A stretch of 64,000 bases of DNA from Pontimicrobium sp. IMCC45349. GTDB taxonomy: Bacteria > Bacteroidota > Bacteroidia > Flavobacteriales > Flavobacteriaceae. The stretch covers positions 2,804,001-2,868,000 of the forward strand of contig NZ_CP178208.1 in NCBI RefSeq assembly GCF_047219225.1, read 5' to 3'. The notes under the pieces were generated by a model. The model was not told the DNA's origin and searched no databases. It was given only the letters and a program-made list of their open reading frames with translations. This document shows positions 9,864-18,951 of the stretch, one piece after another. Position 1 is the stretch's first letter. Every line of letters begins with the position of its first letter. The translations under genes were made by a program, and so were the position numbers.

Positions 9864-10160
9864 TTATTCTAAACTCACCAATTTATCCACACTCCACGCT
9901 TGTGGTTTGTCATTAAACAATGGTTTTGTTTTAGCCCAAACATTTTTAAATAGTTCGGAGTGTCTGTAATTTTCTAAATCACTTTCTTTTTCCCAATAAC
10001 TATAAGTAAAAAATATGTTTGGATTATTCTTATCTCTATATAACTCTAAAAAACGACAACCATCGAAATTTCGTATATCATTTTTGTTTTTATGAAAGTT
10101 TTCAAGAAACGCATCAATGTTTTCTTCGGCAAAACTCATTTTTACAATACGTACAAACAT
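9864..10160 (-). CDS. antibiotic-biosynthesis-monooxygenase (ABM/Dabb) domain protein
   Basis: A 98-aa ferredoxin-like ABM-type sequence (MFVRIVKMSFAEENIDAFLENF...FFTYSYWEKESDLENYRHSELF). Confidence 0.6.
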   Translation of the reverse strand: MFVRIVKMSFAEENIDAFLENFHKNKNDIRNFDGCRFLELYRDKNNPNIFFTYSYWEKESDLENYRHSELFKNVWAKTKPLFNDKPQAWSVDKLVSLE

Positions 10161-10164
10161 AAAA

Positions 10165-11007
10165 TTATCCTTTTAAAAAGTTTACAGTTACAGTATCCAT
10201 CATAGTTAAGCCCATAAGTGTAGAGGCACTACCAACCGAGGCGCAGTTACTTTTATAAACTGCAATTTCTAAATAGTTTGATGAGTTAAACACTACAAGT
10301 CCTTTACCTTCATCATGACGCTTGTCTTCTGGAATTTCAAAATTGATAATATCGCTGTACTTATGATATATCTTTTTAAACTTATGGTTTCTTGCATACA
10401 CTTCAAAAGGACGTCCTTTTTGAATGCTTTCAAAAAACTTACGTCGTATGTTGGTAATCACGTTTCCGTAATTGTCTATGTAAATTACACTACCAATAAT
10501 TTGGTTTTGCTCAGCATTAACAAACGGAATAATATTTTTTATAGGTTTAATCTTGTCTATTAACTTTCCAATAACCTCCAACGTTCCACCACGAGCTATA
10601 TGACAAGCTACACGCACAAACACATCTAACACAGGGAAGCTTGTAGATATTTTATCGTGAATATTAATTTCTACAATTTTTTCTGGTGCAATTTCGGCAC
10701 AAATCATACTCATAATACCATTGTTGGCACAAATAAAATAATGATCGTCTAGCTTTAATGCAATATGTTTGTTTTCTTGGTTGATTTCAGAATCGATACC
10801 AATAATATGTATGGTGCCTTTAGGAAAACTACTATAAGCATTCTGGATAATATAAGCAGCTTCTGGAATACTAAATGGCGATACAGAGTGTGAGATATCA
10901 ACAATTCTCACATCTGGAACTTCACTATATATAGCGCCTTTTACTGCGCCAGCAAAGTGATCTTTCTCTCCAAAATCAGTTGTTAAGGTAATTATTGCCA
11001 TTGGCAA
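10165..11007 (-). CDS. SAM hydroxide adenosyltransferase (DUF62; fluorinase/chlorinase-like SAM-dependent enzyme family)
   Basis: The N-terminal motif IITLTTDFGEKDHFAGAVKGAIYSEVPDVRIVDISHSVSPFSIPEAAY is characteristic of DUF62 SAM-cleaving enzymes. Length 280 aa. Confidence 0.75.
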   Translation of the reverse strand: MPMAIITLTTDFGEKDHFAGAVKGAIYSEVPDVRIVDISHSVSPFSIPEAAYIIQNAYSSFPKGTIHIIGIDSEINQENKHIALKLDDHYFICANNGIMSMICAEIAPEKIVEINIHDKISTSFPVLDVFVRVACHIARGGTLEVIGKLIDKIKPIKNIIPFVNAEQNQIIGSVIYIDNYGNVITNIRRKFFESIQKGRPFEVYARNHKFKKIYHKYSDIINFEIPEDKRHDEGKGLVVFNSSNYLEIAVYKSNCASVGSASTLMGLTMMDTVTVNFLKG

Positions 11008-11211
11008 ATTTGTTGATATTTCTTTAAATTATTGGATGTAAAATGGATTACATTTGAGTTTTACAAACCTACATAATTTTTTCCGTTTTTATTTTCAGAT
11101 TTGGAAGGAAAAATTAATATATTTAGGGAGCTGTTATCAACACTAATTAGATTATTAAACGACATAAATCTATTACATCTGTTAAGATTTGTATTTTAAA
11201 AACAACTGCTT

Positions 11212-12165
11212 TTGAACGAACTTATTATCGAGCTTGAAGAAATTACTCCAAAAGAATTTTTTGGAGCCCAAAATTCAAATATTGTACTTTTAAAAAAGTA
11301 CTTCCCAAAATTAAAAATTGTAGCACGCGGAAATAAAATTAAAGCTTTTGGCGACGAAGAAATGCTAGAAGAGTTTGATAGACGCTTGTCTATGCTTATT
11401 AATCATTTTGGAAAGTACAATAAATTAGACGAAAACGTTATTGAGCGTGTACTTACCAGTCGTACCAAAGACGATTATGAAACTTCTGCATCTAGTGGTG
11501 AGGTTTTGGTACATGGTGTAAGTGGTCGCTTAATAAAAGCGCAAACTGCTAACCAACGTAAATTGGTAGAGAGTATGCGTAAAAACGATATGGTGTTTGC
11601 TATTGGTCCAGCTGGAACAGGAAAAACATATACAGGTGTTGCATTGGCTGTACAAGCTTTAAAAAATAAAGAAGTTAGACGTATTATATTAACGCGTCCA
11701 GCTGTAGAAGCAGGTGAAAATCTTGGGTTTTTACCTGGTGATTTAAAAGAAAAATTAGACCCTTACATGCAACCGTTGTACGATGCATTACGTGATATGA
11801 TTCCAGCTGAAAAGCTAGATAGTTATATCGAGAAAGGTATTATACAAATTGCTCCTTTAGCGTTTATGCGTGGTCGTACACTTGATAATGCCTTTGTGAT
11901 ATTGGACGAAGGTCAAAACACCACACATGCACAAATGAAAATGTTTTTAACCAGAATGGGTAAAAACGCCAAATTCTTATTAACTGGAGACCCTGGACAA
12001 ATCGATTTACCACGTCGTACTATTTCTGGTTTAAAAGAGGCCTTACTAATACTTAAAAATGTAGAAGGTGTTGGCATTATCTTTTTAGACGATAAAGATG
12101 TGATTCGTCATAAACTTGTCAAGAAAATTATTTCGGCTTATAAGAGTATAGAAAATAGGGAATAA
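11212..12165 (+). CDS. phoH: PhoH-like ATPase
   Basis: Walker A GPAGTGKTY, conserved PhoH blocks (ILTRPAVEAGENLGFLPGDLKEKLDPYMQPLYDAL) and 317 aa. Confidence 0.9.
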   Translation: MNELIIELEEITPKEFFGAQNSNIVLLKKYFPKLKIVARGNKIKAFGDEEMLEEFDRRLSMLINHFGKYNKLDENVIERVLTSRTKDDYETSASSGEVLVHGVSGRLIKAQTANQRKLVESMRKNDMVFAIGPAGTGKTYTGVALAVQALKNKEVRRIILTRPAVEAGENLGFLPGDLKEKLDPYMQPLYDALRDMIPAEKLDSYIEKGIIQIAPLAFMRGRTLDNAFVILDEGQNTTHAQMKMFLTRMGKNAKFLLTGDPGQIDLPRRTISGLKEALLILKNVEGVGIIFLDDKDVIRHKLVKKIISAYKSIENRE

Positions 12166-12326
12166 AGCTGTTTTCTGTTTTTATAATATAGTATGAGCTG
12201 TTGTTAATATCCAACTCATAACTAATTAGGTTTTGCGCATTCGTATTTCTTATTAAAATATTACTTTTGCGCCACAACTAATTATACACAACTATAACGT
12301 TTCTTTTAAGCGTTAAAAACAACACA

Positions 12327-13274
12327 ATGAGTAATACAATTACAGACACTAATTTTAATTTTCCTGGACAAAAAAGTGTTTACAAAGGAAAAGTTCGCGA
12401 GGTTTATAATATTAACGACGATGTTCTTGTAATGGTAGCTACAGATAGGCTTTCTGCTTTTGATGTAGTGATGCCAAAAGGGATTCCGTATAAAGGACAA
12501 ATATTAAACCAGATTGCTACAAAAATGATGAAGGACACCGAAGATTTGGTTCCAAACTGGTTACTAGATACACCAGATCCTAATGTAGCAGTTGGTCATT
12601 TATGTGAGCCTTTTAAAGTAGAAATGGTGATTCGTGGTTATATGTCTGGACATGCAGCACGTGAGTACAAAGCTGGAAAACGTATGTTATGTGGTGTACC
12701 AATGCCAGAAGGTATGAAGGAAAATGATAAATTTCCTGAGCCAATAATTACTCCAGCAACCAAAGCCGAAATGGGAGACCATGACGAAGATATTTCGCGC
12801 GAAGACATTTTAGTAAAAGGTATTGTAAGTGAAGCTGATTATTTAGTGTTAGAAGATTATACACGTAAGTTATTTCAACGCGGAAGTGAAATAGCTGCGA
12901 AACGCGGATTAATTTTAGTAGATACTAAATATGAATTTGGTAAAACGAAGGATGGTAAAATTGTATTGATTGATGAAATACATACACCAGATTCATCACG
13001 TTATTTTTATGCTGATGGTTACCAAGAACGTCAAGATAGAGGCGAAGCGCAAAAGCAATTATCTAAAGAATTTGTGCGCCAATGGTTAATTAGTAACAAC
13101 TTTCAAGGATTAGAAGGGCAAACAGTACCTTTTATGAGTGATGAATACATTGAAAGTGTTAGCGAGCGTTATATTGAACTATACGAGAATATTACAGGAG
13201 AAACTTTTGTAAAAGCAGATGTATCTAACATACAAGTACGTATAGAAAAAAATGTATTAGCGTATTTAAAGTAA
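12327..13274 (+). CDS. purC: phosphoribosylaminoimidazole-succinocarboxamide (SAICAR) synthase
   Basis: The long-form PurC N-terminus ([31 protein letters not shown]) and its length (315 aa). Confidence 0.85.
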   Translation: MSNTITDTNFNFPGQKSVYKGKVREVYNINDDVLVMVATDRLSAFDVVMPKGIPYKGQILNQIATKMMKDTEDLVPNWLLDTPDPNVAVGHLCEPFKVEMVIRGYMSGHAAREYKAGKRMLCGVPMPEGMKENDKFPEPIITPATKAEMGDHDEDISREDILVKGIVSEADYLVLEDYTRKLFQRGSEIAAKRGLILVDTKYEFGKTKDGKIVLIDEIHTPDSSRYFYADGYQERQDRGEAQKQLSKEFVRQWLISNNFQGLEGQTVPFMSDEYIESVSERYIELYENITGETFVKADVSNIQVRIEKNVLAYLK

Positions 13275-13300
13275 TTTATATACAGAAGAAATATAAAATG

Positions 13301-13332
13301 AAAAGCCCTTGAATTATCAAGGGCTTTTTTTG
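13301..13332 (+). terminator. rho-independent terminator of purC (AGCCCTTGAATTATCAAGGGCT + T7)
   Basis: A perfect 8-bp GC-containing stem followed by TTTTTTT, 27 nt after the purC stop. Confidence 0.8.
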
Positions 13333-13340
13333 TGTTTATT

Positions 13341-13551
13341 TTGAAGGTTCGTTTAACGGTCTAGTATAAGAAAAGTAGGGCAGTTGTATGCGTTACTTTT
13401 CGGATTAAGCTAAAGCCGAATTTTTAAATTTTGTTATTTATCTTTTCTCCTTTTAATATACCAAATTTAAAAATTTGGCGACTTGACAAATACGCACAGA
13501 CCTTTCGATTAAGCACTTTTTGCCCTATTTTTTTTATACATTGTTAGGCAC
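13341..13551. repeat. B-type cassette-flanking element, copy B1 (3' flank of the DUF262/HEPN cassette)
   Basis: It begins with GAAGGTTCGTTTAACGG, the same core as at 20758, 34026 and 53946. About 200 nt are homologous to 20755-20904. The inner end (tatacattGTTAGGCAC) overlaps the stop codon of the 13544..14050 gene and is the inverted partner of GTGCCTAAC at 15146. Confidence 0.8.
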
Positions 13552-14050
13552 TGGCTTCTTCTTGATTTAATTCCGTTTCAATGAACCTAATCACTTCTAT
13601 TGTTTTGTTTAAATAATTTTCCAATTTTATTATTGTAATGTCAGAATCTCTACCGTGTGCAATATTATGTCTGTCTTTTAAAATATAATTTATAGCTGCA
13701 CCACGATTTTCCTCTTGCAAGTAATCCCGTAATAAGTCGTGCCAATCAGGATTAAAGGACTTTGCTAATGCTCTTATTTTTTCACTATTAGCATTTTGTA
13801 TTTTATAGAGTTGTGATTTTGCATAAGTCAAAACAACAGATGGCTCACAACTATTTTCGGCAATATCAGTAAAAGCGTGGTAAACAGAATTTTCTATAAA
13901 TCCGGAACAGAGAACACAAATATATTTTGTTAAATGCGACCTCAATTCGTCATCAGGTTCGAATTCCTTGGCTTTTAATATTAATTGCTGAATACGATTG
14001 TATTGTATATTTAATTCGGGATTATTGAACATATTGATTAATATATTCAT
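13544..14050 (-). CDS. HEPN-domain protein (predicted RNase/toxin-type effector), partner of the DUF262 protein
   Basis: 168 aa with an R-x4-H HEPN motif (RHNIAHG) near the C-terminus. It overlaps the upstream DUF262 gene by 29 nt. Confidence 0.6.
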   Translation of the reverse strand: MNILINMFNNPELNIQYNRIQQLILKAKEFEPDDELRSHLTKYICVLCSGFIENSVYHAFTDIAENSCEPSVVLTYAKSQLYKIQNANSEKIRALAKSFNPDWHDLLRDYLQEENRGAAINYILKDRHNIAHGRDSDITIIKLENYLNKTIEVIRFIETELNQEEASA

Positions 14051-15116
14051 TGAACAATCTGTGTCTTTCTGCTACAACTTTATCATCTGAAGTAGCTCTA
14101 GTTATTGAATCAACAAAATCTTGATTTTGATATAGAGTATTTATGTTTTGGGCAAATGCCTCAAAATCAATATTTTCATCTATTCTGTTTGCTATTCCAA
14201 CCATTAAAACCTCAAATGCTGATGCATTAAATACTCTGTCTGGTCTAAATGCAGATTTGCCAATATTTTCAAGTATAATATCGGTAGTTCTTTTAAAAAT
14301 CGAACTTAATCTTTCTAATTCTTCTTCTGTTGGGTTTCTATAACGGCCATTAAACTTATTTAAAAACTCCTTTAGAGGTTTACTATATCTATCTAGCGAA
14401 TTATACATAGCAAAAAATCTCAATATCATTTCTTGGTCTTTAAGTCTATTATTCTTTTTACCGAATAATTCTCTCCAAGCTGGATAATCATTTAATTCTG
14501 CAATTAATTCATTCAACTTCCCAATATAAATTGCTGCTCTAATTTCTTGGGGTGTAAGTTTTCTTCCACCTGTATTTAATCGTTCAAAAACGTGATAAAT
14601 ACTGGTGTTATCATCAGTTGGTGTCTCTTGTTTAATTATTGTAGCGTGAATAATTGAATCATCAAGATTTATTCTGTCATCTTCTTCTAACTCTTCATAA
14701 GTTTTGCCTTCGAATTTTTCTTGAACGTTTTTGAGCCTAAATACTTTTTTTCTTGTATCTCCTTCTTTGGGATTGAAAAAGCCTTCATAGAAAAAAAGCA
14801 ATGATTTTAATCGTTGTTGTCCGTCAATTACTGAAAGTTTATTAGAATCACTCTCTTTGGCTAAAAATACTCCTGGTACTGGAAGTCCAAGCAATAAAGA
14901 CTCAACGAGTCTAGAAGCTTCAGCTTGATTCCAAACATAATCTCTCTGAAATGGCGGTATGAAAATGTCTCCTCTTTTAAGTCTTTTTACAAGTCCTTCT
15001 ACATCATAATCAGCTCCATAACTTGATATTCCATAAATTTGAGGTGAAGATGAATCTTCATTTTCTTCAACATCAATTACTGGGTCATCTATATCTTCTG
15101 TTTCGTATCCATTCAT
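14022..15116 (-). CDS. DUF262 (ParB/Srx-like nuclease-fold) domain protein
   Basis: Motifs FQRDYVW and VIDGQQRL are hallmark DUF262 (GmrS-like N-terminal domain) signatures. 364 aa. Confidence 0.75.
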   Translation of the reverse strand: MNGYETEDIDDPVIDVEENEDSSSPQIYGISSYGADYDVEGLVKRLKRGDIFIPPFQRDYVWNQAEASRLVESLLLGLPVPGVFLAKESDSNKLSVIDGQQRLKSLLFFYEGFFNPKEGDTRKKVFRLKNVQEKFEGKTYEELEEDDRINLDDSIIHATIIKQETPTDDNTSIYHVFERLNTGGRKLTPQEIRAAIYIGKLNELIAELNDYPAWRELFGKKNNRLKDQEMILRFFAMYNSLDRYSKPLKEFLNKFNGRYRNPTEEELERLSSIFKRTTDIILENIGKSAFRPDRVFNASAFEVLMVGIANRIDENIDFEAFAQNINTLYQNQDFVDSITRATSDDKVVAERHRLFNEYINQYVQ

Positions 15117-15145
15117 ATTTTTTATTTCTAAGAGTTTGTTTTTCA

Positions 15146-15262
15146 GCTTGTGCCTAACGTATTTATATAAACACGTTTTAATGGTTTATATAAAAGTGTT
15201 AAACGAAGTTAGCGTTTTTACGTCAGAAAATCAATACGTATAAATACGTAATTTTATAGTAT
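15146..15262. repeat. A-type cassette-flanking element, copy A1 (5'/promoter-side flank of the DUF262/HEPN cassette)
   Basis: ~110 bp near-identical to 24106-24222 and 34874-34980. Contains TTTATATAAA-N13-TTTATATAAA, GTTAAACGAAGTT (inverted partner of the B core) and TACGTA-N4-TACGTA. It lies 37 nt upstream of the start of the 14022..15116 gene. Confidence 0.85.
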
Positions 15263-15297
15263 TTGTTCCAAATTTGTATCAAACTAAGAAGGAGCAT

Positions 15298-15870
15298 TTA
15301 TCCTTTTCCGTATCCAAGCCAACTTACTATTAATTGATTAATAACAAAAACAGCAAGAATTATTATTAAAACATAAGAATACTTGATAATCTTTTCTTTT
15401 ATGGATGTTTTTTGAGTTCCATCAAAATGAGTAAGAGTTTTAATTACGTTTATAATTTTTGGTTTGTTGATGTAAAGAATTACTATTAGCATTAATAGAT
15501 ATAGTATAGCGCTCGCTAATGCTCCGTATTTATCAAGAAAAAAAATGTCAAATACAATTACATTTACCATTATTGGAATTAATATTAAGGTTCCAATTAG
15601 CTTTGTTCTATTAAAAAGAAGTAAAGTAGCACCTACAATTTGGCAAACTCCAATAAATAATACATAACCATATGAACGTCCCATAAATACCCAAGCTAGT
15701 TCAAAATTTGGGATTTGTTTTATAGGCATTGATTCTATGTGAGTAGGTATTAAATCTGGTGTGTAGAATTGTCCGCCAATTGCTTTTCCTAGTCCATATG
15801 CAGCAAGAAAAAAGAATACATAAAAACGACATACAATTTCAATAGTTTCTTTAATGTTGATTTTTTTCAT
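15298..15870 (-). CDS. hypothetical integral membrane protein (DoxX-like multi-TM)
   Basis: 190 aa with 4-5 hydrophobic helices. No catalytic motif. Confidence 0.45.
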   Translation of the reverse strand: MKKINIKETIEIVCRFYVFFFLAAYGLGKAIGGQFYTPDLIPTHIESMPIKQIPNFELAWVFMGRSYGYVLFIGVCQIVGATLLLFNRTKLIGTLILIPIMVNVIVFDIFFLDKYGALASAILYLLMLIVILYINKPKIINVIKTLTHFDGTQKTSIKEKIIKYSYVLIIILAVFVINQLIVSWLGYGKG

Positions 15871-15872
15871 GA

Positions 15873-17687
15873 CTAAAATGAAGATTTAAGTGAGGCTTTG
15901 TAATTCATAGTATCATCTGTTAAAATTAGTTCTTGATCGGTTAGTTTTATTCTTAAATCTTGCATACCATTATATTGATGTCCATTGATAAAAAACTCAT
16001 TTTGATTAATCTGAGTTAATTCTACTTTTTTAATGCTGCTAGTTCTTATGTTATCATCCATAAACATACCTTGAATTTGATTTTCTGCGTTGATTCCTAA
16101 AACAAAACCTACATCTTCATTTTCAAAATGAAATCTAATATTTACTGTTTTATTACCTTTTTTGCCTTCGATTTTATAGATGTTGTAAGATTTAAAAACG
16201 CCTGCTTGATTAATAAAATAGGACCACATTCCTTTTAACTGGTTTAAGCCATTTTCAGAACTTAAAAAGTCTTTCATGTCTTTATTTGCATAATCAGAAA
16301 GTCCATTGAAATTTTGGGTACTCATAGCATTTGCAAAAAACAAAGCGGTTTTACAAGCTTTATTGTCTGTTGTCGCATCTCTTGAAAATTGATAAGTAAA
16401 AACAGACCAAGGTGTTTTTCCAATTGTTTCTAGATAAAACGTATTGTTTTGCTTTTTTAGCATGAAAGCATGATCGTCATCTAATGTATACGTTTTATTA
16501 AAGTCAGGAATATTTGAGTTGTTAACCTTAGTAACTTTTGGGAGTAGCTTTGGTTCTTTACCTTGAAAAATTGCAATAATGGCATCAATTATTTCTCCAT
16601 CAACAAATTGGTCTTTACCTTGAAAAGAACTTTCTGTAATTAAGTCTGTAGAAGTGGCATTAGATAAGATGATAATCTTTATGTTTTTTTGTGGTAATGT
16701 CCCAATTATAGAGGCTACACCGGGAAGTAAACCAGTGTGATTAACCCATTTTTCGCCATCTTTATATTCAATTCTCCAGCCTAAACCGTATTCTGAATTA
16801 TTAACACCTCTAGATTGTGTATAACTATAAAGTTTATTTACAGATGCTGGTTTTAGGAGATTTCCGTTTTCTAAAGCAGTCATTAGGTTGTGTAAATTTT
16901 CAGTAGTAGAATTAATGTTTCCAGCTCCAATTATCCATGAAGGGTGAATAGAGCTTGTTAATTTTTTAAATTCATTCATTCCTAATCCGCTATGCGGAAA
17001 AGCTTTTTGATCTAATGTTTTATAGTCGTTGACAGCAGTTTGTGTCATGTTGGAAGGTTTAAAAACGGCTTGTTCCATATAATCTTTATAGGACTGTTTG
17101 CTTACAGCTTCAATGATATATGCTAAAAGTGTATATCCAAAATTATTGTATTCGTATCCAGTTCCTGGTTCAAATTTTAATTTTGAATCTTTGAATTTTT
17201 CAAAAAGCTCATTTCGTGTAATTGGAGTTTTTACAGGCATTAATCCGTTGCCTTGATCATCAATTCTACCAATATTGGCTTGCATACCAGAACTGTGGTT
17301 TAATAAATGACGAATGGTTATTTTTTTAGAAAAATCAGGGATAAAGTTTGGGAAAAATGAACTAATAGGTGTTTCTAATGTAAGTTTTTCTTGTTCTACT
17401 AATGTCATTATTCCTATAGCAGTCAAAGGTTTAGTGATAGAAGCAATGCTGAAAATAGTATTGCTGGAATTCTTTTTGTGATTTTCAACATTAGCATAAC
17501 CAAAACTCTTATTGTAAATAATATTATCATTTTGACTTATTAAAACGTTTCCTGTAAATCGATTATAATGAGCATAACTTTCAAAAACATTATTAATGTT
17601 TTTTTGTAAAGCTTTGTCAGGATTAGTTTGTCCAAAAGTCTGTAGTATAAAAAATATGATCATTATAATTGTTATAGATTCCTTCAT
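15873..17687 (-). CDS. secreted beta-lactamase-family serine hydrolase (class C/PBP-like) with a C-terminal extension
   Basis: Signal peptide. S-x-x-K active-site motif in the expected N-terminal context (FSIASITKPLTAIGIM). 604 aa. Confidence 0.7.
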   Translation of the reverse strand: MKESITIIMIIFFILQTFGQTNPDKALQKNINNVFESYAHYNRFTGNVLISQNDNIIYNKSFGYANVENHKKNSSNTIFSIASITKPLTAIGIMTLVEQEKLTLETPISSFFPNFIPDFSKKITIRHLLNHSSGMQANIGRIDDQGNGLMPVKTPITRNELFEKFKDSKLKFEPGTGYEYNNFGYTLLAYIIEAVSKQSYKDYMEQAVFKPSNMTQTAVNDYKTLDQKAFPHSGLGMNEFKKLTSSIHPSWIIGAGNINSTTENLHNLMTALENGNLLKPASVNKLYSYTQSRGVNNSEYGLGWRIEYKDGEKWVNHTGLLPGVASIIGTLPQKNIKIIILSNATSTDLITESSFQGKDQFVDGEIIDAIIAIFQGKEPKLLPKVTKVNNSNIPDFNKTYTLDDDHAFMLKKQNNTFYLETIGKTPWSVFTYQFSRDATTDNKACKTALFFANAMSTQNFNGLSDYANKDMKDFLSSENGLNQLKGMWSYFINQAGVFKSYNIYKIEGKKGNKTVNIRFHFENEDVGFVLGINAENQIQGMFMDDNIRTSSIKKVELTQINQNEFFINGHQYNGMQDLRIKLTDQELILTDDTMNYKASLKSSF

Positions 17688-17912
17688 TTTAGTATGGTTT
17701 TATAATTAAGATGAAGCAAGAATACTATCTAATAATCGTAGTTTAAAAAGAATGTGATTACTAGACCTTTCTATGTGGTAGATGTATGAAATAAAGTGAA
17801 ATATGTTATACTTCACATAAATATAGAGTTTGGTCACTTTAAGTACTTAGTTTAACCCATTGTAGGTTTTAAAACTATATAAAACCCTATTTTTGAGATT
17901 TAAACACTTTGG

Positions 17913-18944
17913 ATGAAAAAATATTTAGAAACAATACTACACGTTTTAATTTGGGGAATTTCCTATGTGTTGATCTTAAATTTCATAAACACTATTTCCG
18001 ATTTTAGAAAAGATGAAGGTCCATTTTGGCTTGCCATACTATTTGGAATGTTTATGAACCAAATTTTATTTTATACTACGGCTTTTTATATCGTTCCAAA
18101 GTTTTTACGATTAAAAAAAATAGCACTTCTAGTTATCTCTTTAATAGGTGTTTTTGTATTTATAAATTTATTGGAAAGCATTATAGATTACTATTGGTTG
18201 GTTGGATTTTTTTCAAGTGAGAGTGAATCTTTTGTAACCTATTTGAGTTATAATTCTATCAGTAGCTTTTTTATACTTTTATTAGGTTTGTCATATGCTT
18301 TAATTAAGTATTGGTTTCAAAATGAAAAATTAAAAAGAACCTTATATGAAGAGAAGTTAACTACAGAAATGACTTTTCTTAAGACTCAAATTAATCCTCA
18401 TTTTTTGTTTAATGTACTTAATAGTTTTTATGCTAAGGCATTAAAAAATGATGTGCCAGACTTGGCAGATGGTATATCTAAATTAGCAGATTTAATGCGT
18501 TATATGGTGTATGAAATTAATGAAGATAGCATTGCCTTAGAAAAAGAAATCCATCATCTTAAAAAGTTTATTCAGGTGTATCAGTTACGTATTGCTGAAG
18601 ATGACGATGTGTTTATTAATTTTACTGTTAAAGGAACTGTTGAGAACGTGCAAATTAGTCCTATGTTGCTTATTCCTTTTGTAGAAAATGCCATTAAACA
18701 TGGAATTGATCCTAAAACTAAATCTGTTATAAACATAACTTTGGAGGTTATAGAAAACAGCTTGGTATATAAAGTAACCAATACAGTTCATAAAAACGCG
18801 TATGATTTGAAGGATACTTCTTCTGGGTTTGGTTTAGATAATTTAAAGAAGAGACTAACTATTTTATATCCCAATTTACATACTATAGAAACCAAAGAAG
18901 AAGATGGATATTTCGTTTCTTTACTTAAATTGCAAATAGAATAA
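17913..18944 (+). CDS. LytS-type membrane sensor histidine kinase (5TM sensor + His_kinase domain)
   Basis: N-terminal multi-TM region, then H-box LKTQINPHFLFNVLNSFYAKAL and an HATPase-like C-terminus (GFGLDNLKKRL). Confidence 0.8.
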   Translation: MKKYLETILHVLIWGISYVLILNFINTISDFRKDEGPFWLAILFGMFMNQILFYTTAFYIVPKFLRLKKIALLVISLIGVFVFINLLESIIDYYWLVGFFSSESESFVTYLSYNSISSFFILLLGLSYALIKYWFQNEKLKRTLYEEKLTTEMTFLKTQINPHFLFNVLNSFYAKALKNDVPDLADGISKLADLMRYMVYEINEDSIALEKEIHHLKKFIQVYQLRIAEDDDVFINFTVKGTVENVQISPMLLIPFVENAIKHGIDPKTKSVINITLEVIENSLVYKVTNTVHKNAYDLKDTSSGFGLDNLKKRLTILYPNLHTIETKEEDGYFVSLLKLQIE

Positions 18945-18951
18945 CTGTGTT

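Noticed and set aside
13345-13360. GGTTCG-containing core of the B elements (GAAGGTTCGTTTAACGG) as a possible tRNA T-arm or tRNA-derived attachment site
   Set aside because: The flanking bases do not form a T-stem (GAAGG is not complementary to AACGG), and no acceptor or anticodon arms can be built. No tRNA gene was found anywhere in the window.
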